Shown piece by piece: positions 41,431 to 46,313 of a stretch of DNA of 46,313 nt; position 1 is the stretch's first letter; each line of letters opens with the position of its first letter. The position numbers and the translations under genes were made by a program. This DNA comes from Octopus sinensis (lineage: Eukaryota): NCBI RefSeq assembly GCF_006345805.1, contig NW_021834671.1:1-46313 (forward strand). The letters run 5' to 3'. Under the pieces are notes generated by a model. That model saw nothing but the letters and a program-made list of their open reading frames with translations. It was not told the DNA's origin and made no database searches.

Positions 41431-41612
41431 CTTTTCCCAGTGATATTGCACCTGTGTTCTATCATATTCTATTTAGTATAACATTGCACCCTATTCTGAC
41501 CTTCATTTTCAGGTACCGTATTGTATCTAATGTTTTGGCCAAAATATTTCTGCGTCACTTTCTACAGTAGCTTTTTTTTTATTTGCTATCAATTCCTGTC
41601 CCTGACAAGTAA

Positions 41613-42063
41613 TAATGCGTTGTGTCTAAAGTTTTGCTATCTTTCGGTAACTTATTTGCTTTATTCATCAAGCTACAACAAAAACAGCCTAGCCTTCAAA
41701 TCGGAGGCAATCGGGTTGCGCTGTCTGAAGCGGCCACCTTTCTGTCAGTTCTTTCATCCAGAACGGAGACCAATTTTTGTCTTTCGTGGCACAGGACTCC
41801 TTCACTGAATATTCCATCTCCTCCTCGTTGAAGCATTATGAATCACAGGAAGTGAGCCATAGATTAGAACCAGCAGAAGGGTTCTTCGCCTCGGAAAACA
41901 AGAACTGTTATCACCGTGGTATCAAAGAACTGGCAGAAAGATGGCTTTAGACAGTGCAACAGGATGGCCTCTACTTGGAAGGCTAGACTGCTTGTGTTGT
42001 ATCTTGACAAATAAACAAAATAATACACGGAACGTTGGAAATCTTTTCACTCAACGAAATATA
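41613..42063. mobile_element. Mariner-derived foldback/MITE made of two inverted transposase 3' ends
   Basis: Right arm (+) translates FFASENKNCYHRGIKELAERWL*TVQQDGLYLE; left arm (-) translates NEEEMEYSVKESCATKDKNWSPFWMKELTERW. Both resemble the mariner transposase C-terminus (FF..K...Y..GI..L..RW..V...G.Y). The arms are mutually reverse-complementary out to decayed TIRs. Confidence 0.75.
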
Positions 42064-42079
42064 TTATTTATTGGTTCTC

Positions 42080-42870
42080 TCTGTGACTACCATCCTCAAA
42101 TGCTGGTAATATGACTGTACAAAACGTTATGATAACAGGATCATTGTCTATATGGATGTCAGGGTTGGATTGCTTGTGGATGGTCGTGCACATCGTATTA
42201 ACAATAGCATCATGGTCGCTATAGTAAGTGGTCGCTTGATGGTATACTTTAGTGCTAGTTGCTGATCCTGTGTAAAATCTTCAACAGATGTGTTACAAAA
42301 TCGACATTTACGGATGCGTTTTGAGGCTTTCATTGTCGCAGGAGGAATAACAACCGTGTTTCGTGGTCCGCTACCACAACAGCTCCTTTATAGGATCCAG
42401 TTAGCTCAAGACGTCATCAGGAGGAACTACGTCCGGTTTCGGCCCCTATTCCTCTACCGTTTTGACGTGGCGGGGCCCCCCTTTCGGAGGTGTCTTCAGC
42501 TCTTGTGTTGGGTGCATGTCTTCTTTCTTCTTCTTTCTTCTGTTCCCTGATGCGTCTTGAGGCTTGAGGCTTTCATTGCCTCATTTATTCCTTATATATT
42601 TCTTCGATTTCAAAATTACAACCTTCGAACTGTGACGAGATGTAACGTTCACGTGCCCAAGAGAGGTTATACGTCATCTTTACAATTGCTTGTCCTTCAA
42701 TTTTAACGAGAGCACATCCATACATAACGGTTTTGTGGTACGCTAGTCCCACACGTCTGGGTTTGTGTGGGAGATCAGAAAGTGTGCACGCGATCGTGTG
42801 TGCATGCGATTTAATGCTATTACAGTTACTCGCTAATTCGATCTCCTCTGATGATATTTTCAAACTGGTT
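42080..42870 (-). pseudogene. Possible decayed AP-endonuclease domain of a transposon, interrupted by the 42313-42578 unit
   Basis: Minus-strand peptides LASNCNSIKSH (~42830) and TTYYSDHDAIV (~42215) resemble the first (N..S) and last (SDH) APE motifs in the correct order. Frameshifts and stops lie between them. Confidence 0.3.
42313..42578 (-). mobile_element. ~240-nt structured, terminally redundant unit with variant hammerhead (retrozyme-like)
   Basis: Direct repeat GATGCGT(T/C)TTGAGGCTTTCATTG at 42313 and 42549, the second with a 7-nt duplication. Inverted repeat 42403-42427/42542-42564. Minus strand CTGAAGA...GGCCCC...GGGGCC-GAAAC-CGGAC-GTA. Confidence 0.5.
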
Positions 42871-42984
42871 TAAATCGCAATTATTCTTCGTATGTCGATC
42901 GTTTTCATTGGCTGGTTTCTAAAATAAAACTTACCAACGGAGGTACTTTTTTGAATATATTTGTGTTGCTGTTGTTGGTTTACT

Positions 42985-43075
42985 ATTTTACTTGTTTCAG
43001 TCATTTGACTGCGGCCATGCTGGAGCACCGCCTTTAGTCGAGGAAATCGCCCCCAGGACTTATTCTTTGTAAGCA
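42985..43075 (-). mobile_element. SINE family A, 3' end fragment
   Basis: Near-identical to ~43700-43790. Confidence 0.7.
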
Positions 43076-43147
43076 CATTATCGTCAATATCATTTCTAGC
43101 AACGTCATTTACTGCATCTCCTGCTCATTCTGCCCTTCTCTGTACAC

Positions 43148-43268
43148 CTGTTGAAGAGCGTAGCCTCGAAACGTAAAAGATTTTCTCACCTTCCCGAGCA
43201 TCAAACTAATACACCTGCTTGTTGTTTATACACCTGTCTTCGTCTTTTGTTTTCTGTAAATTTCAACT
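43148..43268 (+). mobile_element. Penelope-like pLTR 3' fragment with degenerate hammerhead
   Basis: CTGTTGA-AGAGCGTAGCCTC-GAAACGT-A at 43148-43175 (A6U change, loopless ACGT stem III), then ~90 nt of tail running into (TA)n. Confidence 0.45.
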
Positions 43269-43327
43269 ATATATATCTATATATATATATATATATATAT
43301 TAATATATATGTGTGTGTGTGTGTATG

Positions 43328-43624
43328 GAGGTGCAATGGCCCAGTGGTTAGGGCAGGGGACTCGCGGTTTCGATTCCCAGCCCGGGCGTTGTGAGTGTTT
43401 ATTGAGCGAAAACACCTAAAGCTCCACGTAGCTCCGGCAGCGGGTGGTGGCGATCCCTGCTGTACTCTTTCGCCACAACTTTATCTCACTCTTTCTTCTT
43501 TTGACCTGCTCGCTAAGCCAGTGGGGTGGCGTCAATTGAAGGCTAAAACAATGCGAAGCGCATTGTGACCAGCGATGTGTAGCAATATCTGATAGCTTGG
43601 TCGGTCACGGTGATGACGGTGATA
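43328..43624 (+). mobile_element. SINE family C variant
   Basis: GGAGGTGCAATGGCCCAGTGGTTAGGG, GGTTTCGATTCCC B-box, TTGAGCGAAAACACC; flanked by microsatellite. Confidence 0.65.
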
Positions 43625-43696
43625 TATATATATATATATATTAATATATATATATATATATAATATATAATATATATATCTATATATATATATATA

Positions 43697-44091
43697 CTCT
43701 TTTACTTGTTTCAGTCATTTGACTGCGGCCATGCTGGAGCACCGCCTTTAGTCGAGCAAATCGACCCCGGGACTTATTCTTTGTAAGCCCAGTACTTATT
43801 CTATCGGTCTCTTTTGCCGAACCGCTAAGTGTCGGGGACGTAAACACACCAGCATCGTTTGTCAAACAATGCTAGGGGGACAAACACAGACACACAAATA
43901 CACACACACATATATATATATACATATATACGACGGGCTTCTTTCAGTTTCCGTCTACCAAATCCAGTCACAAAGCTTTGGTTGTCCCGAGGCTATAGTA
44001 GAAGACACTTGCCCAAGATGCCACGCAGTGGGATTAAACCCGGAACCATGTGGTTGGTAAGCAAGCTAATTACCACGCAGCCACTCCTGCG

Positions 44092-44093
<2 letters not shown>
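43697..44093 (-). mobile_element. tRNA-derived SINE family A, full-length copy
   Basis: Minus strand GGCGCAGGAGTGGCTGCGTGG (A-box-like), GGGTTTAATCCC (B-box-like), internal (TA/TG)n, tail GCCGCAGTCAAATGACTGAAACAAGTAAAAGAG. Flanked by (TA)n; several homologous copies in the window. Confidence 0.8.
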
Positions 44094-44140
<47 letters not shown>

Positions 44141-44287
44141 TGTGTATGTATACACACAAATATATATACATGTAATATATGTGGATACATGCAAGTGTAT
44201 TTACACATACATATGTATTTATAATCTATTGACAATCCAAGAATATTCATGCTGCTGGCAATGTCTTATCTGCGACAATCCACACAC

Positions 44288-44332
<45 letters not shown>

Positions 44333-45866
44333 CGATGGCGAGAATGCTTCTTTCGTTTAACGTTTAACTGCCAACCAATTCCGCGATTATGATAAATGAG
44401 AGCTGATTGTAAAAGGTTATGGCCCTTATTAGTTGAGTAAATTCCCCGAATGAGAATTTCTTGAACCAAGACAATTTCCTAAGGATCACCAGGGAATTAA
44501 TTACTTAATAATAATTTTGTTTTACGTGGTTTTTCTATGTGTTTTTTTTTGTGTATTTGTTTTTGTGTTTGTTCTGTATTCAACAATCAAAGACTTCATT
44601 ATGGTCGGCGGTGTTTTGCTCATTGATGTCGGTACTGAGACGCTATTGATCAGTGTCAGCTCCGATAATTTACAAACACACACACACACACACTTGCACA
44701 CTCACATACACACTTACATACACACAGACACAGGTACACACAACTCACACATACACACAGACAGACATACATGCACACTCACATACACACAGAATATACA
44801 CACAACACACACTCACATACACGCACAAACACACACACATACACACATACACACAAACACACACATACACACAGGCACAGATACACACAACACACGCATA
44901 CACATATACCCACACACAACGCACACGCACATACAGCACGCACGCACACACAACACACACACACTCACAACGCACATAAACACAACAAACACACAGACAT
45001 AAATACACACACACAAACAAACCGCTCCTCACATACACACACACACACATACACAATCACGCATGCTTACATATACACATATACCAGACTCAAACTTACA
45101 CTCGCACGCTGACACACTCAAAGACATCCACACATACACACACATATGCATGCACGCAACTACATACACACGTGAAATCACAAAATCCTTCGCATATGTG
45201 TTCGCACGTACGCACACACAATGACACAATAGACGTTCACACAAACATACTCACACAGATATGCAACCAGATTAACACATGCACACACGCACATATACAC
45301 AGAAAAATACACACACACATACACACACACATATATACACACACAGACACAGAGGTATACAGACATGCACAAACATAGAAGGAAGCACGCAGGCTCACAC
45401 ACACAAACACACATACACACACGTAAGTACGCACACGACACACAGACAAATACACTCCATCGCCATTGCTTTACTCTAGTTGCTGTTGTTATTGTTGCTG
45501 TTGTTGTACTTAAAGAATGTGGTTATGATGATGATGATGATGATGATGATGACGATATTAGTGATACTAGTGTACATGTATGTCTGTTCTGATGTTGGAA
45601 TGTATGAAAGTGTATATGTATGTATACATGTACACATGTATGTATGTGTCCATGTACTTATTTACATAAGAATGTACGTTATGTTTGTGTATGTAGGAAT
45701 GTAAGTCAATTAACTGGAAGTGAGCTTAAGAATAACAGCTGAACACTCACTGAACGACTGTTGAAAGTAGAGAGAAATTTATAGCTTTACACGGAAGTTG
45801 AAATCAAAACGAATGCCATTATATATATATATACATAATTTAATGCAGACACTATTTAAGATAAAA

Positions 45867-46076
45867 GCTACAAGTAGTTTCATGCCATGGTGACACTAAT
45901 ACTGGGCAGATTTCTATAACGTGCCTTGTGTCTCCAAGTAATCACTGGGTTCGTAGCACATGCTTTGATCTATTTGAAAGGTGTGCCCTGAGCCCGAAAC
46001 ATTGCTTGGACACACAAGGCTTGTTATCTAAATCTGCCTTAGCTCAGTGTTTCCATTGCAAGTAACTCTTTGTAGC
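45867..46076. repeat. 210-nt imperfect inverted repeat / rod-like hairpin
   Basis: Arms 45867-45942 and 46001-46076 (76 nt each) are reverse-complementary with scattered mismatches. The central 58 nt also fold (GGGTTC/GAGCCC; GCACATGCTTT/AAAGGTGTGC). Confidence 0.85.
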
Positions 46077-46174
46077 ACGAGCTTTAAATATTCTGTACAA
46101 TAAAGGGTATTTGACTCTCACTGGATAGAGTACTATTTTATGGTGATCCTAAATTAATATATATACATATATAA

Positions 46175-46206
<32 letters not shown>

Positions 46207-46313
46207 GACTCTAATTTTTTTAGTGATATGTATGAACATATTTTGTATTACATACACATATATGTTTGTGGTGTTATTTATTTGTAGCAGCAGCATCAGT
46301 AGCAGTAGCAGCA

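Overview
Eukaryotic, AT-rich, extremely microsatellite-dense genomic DNA. The (TA/CA/AAT/CCA/GAT)n load and the three recurrent tRNA-derived SINE families match what I know of Octopus genomes (inference, no search run). Almost all ORFs in the supplied track are translated microsatellites. The best-supported gene is a two-coding-exon, 198-aa, highly divergent member of the PA28/REG (11S proteasome activator, PSME) family (+, 30520-30840 joined to 33177-33452). It keeps the helical core but has lost the conserved activation loop, the homolog-specific insert and the typical C-terminal tail. A probable terminal exon of an unidentified gene converges on it (-, 34553-34319). The second theme is about nine hammerhead-ribozyme-like motifs (CUGANGA...GAAAC...GUH). 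These include a near-perfect 195-bp palindrome carrying one on each strand, a near-intact type I motif at 24.5 kb, and a ~240-nt terminally redundant retrozyme-like unit at 42.3-42.6 kb. Several lie in short cassettes inside (TA)n tracts, as expected of Penelope-like element remnants. Also present: a non-autonomous Helitron, a 27-bp-TIR MITE, a mariner foldback element and a 210-nt rod-like hairpin. All alignments and folds were done by eye; SINE and repeat boundaries are approximate.
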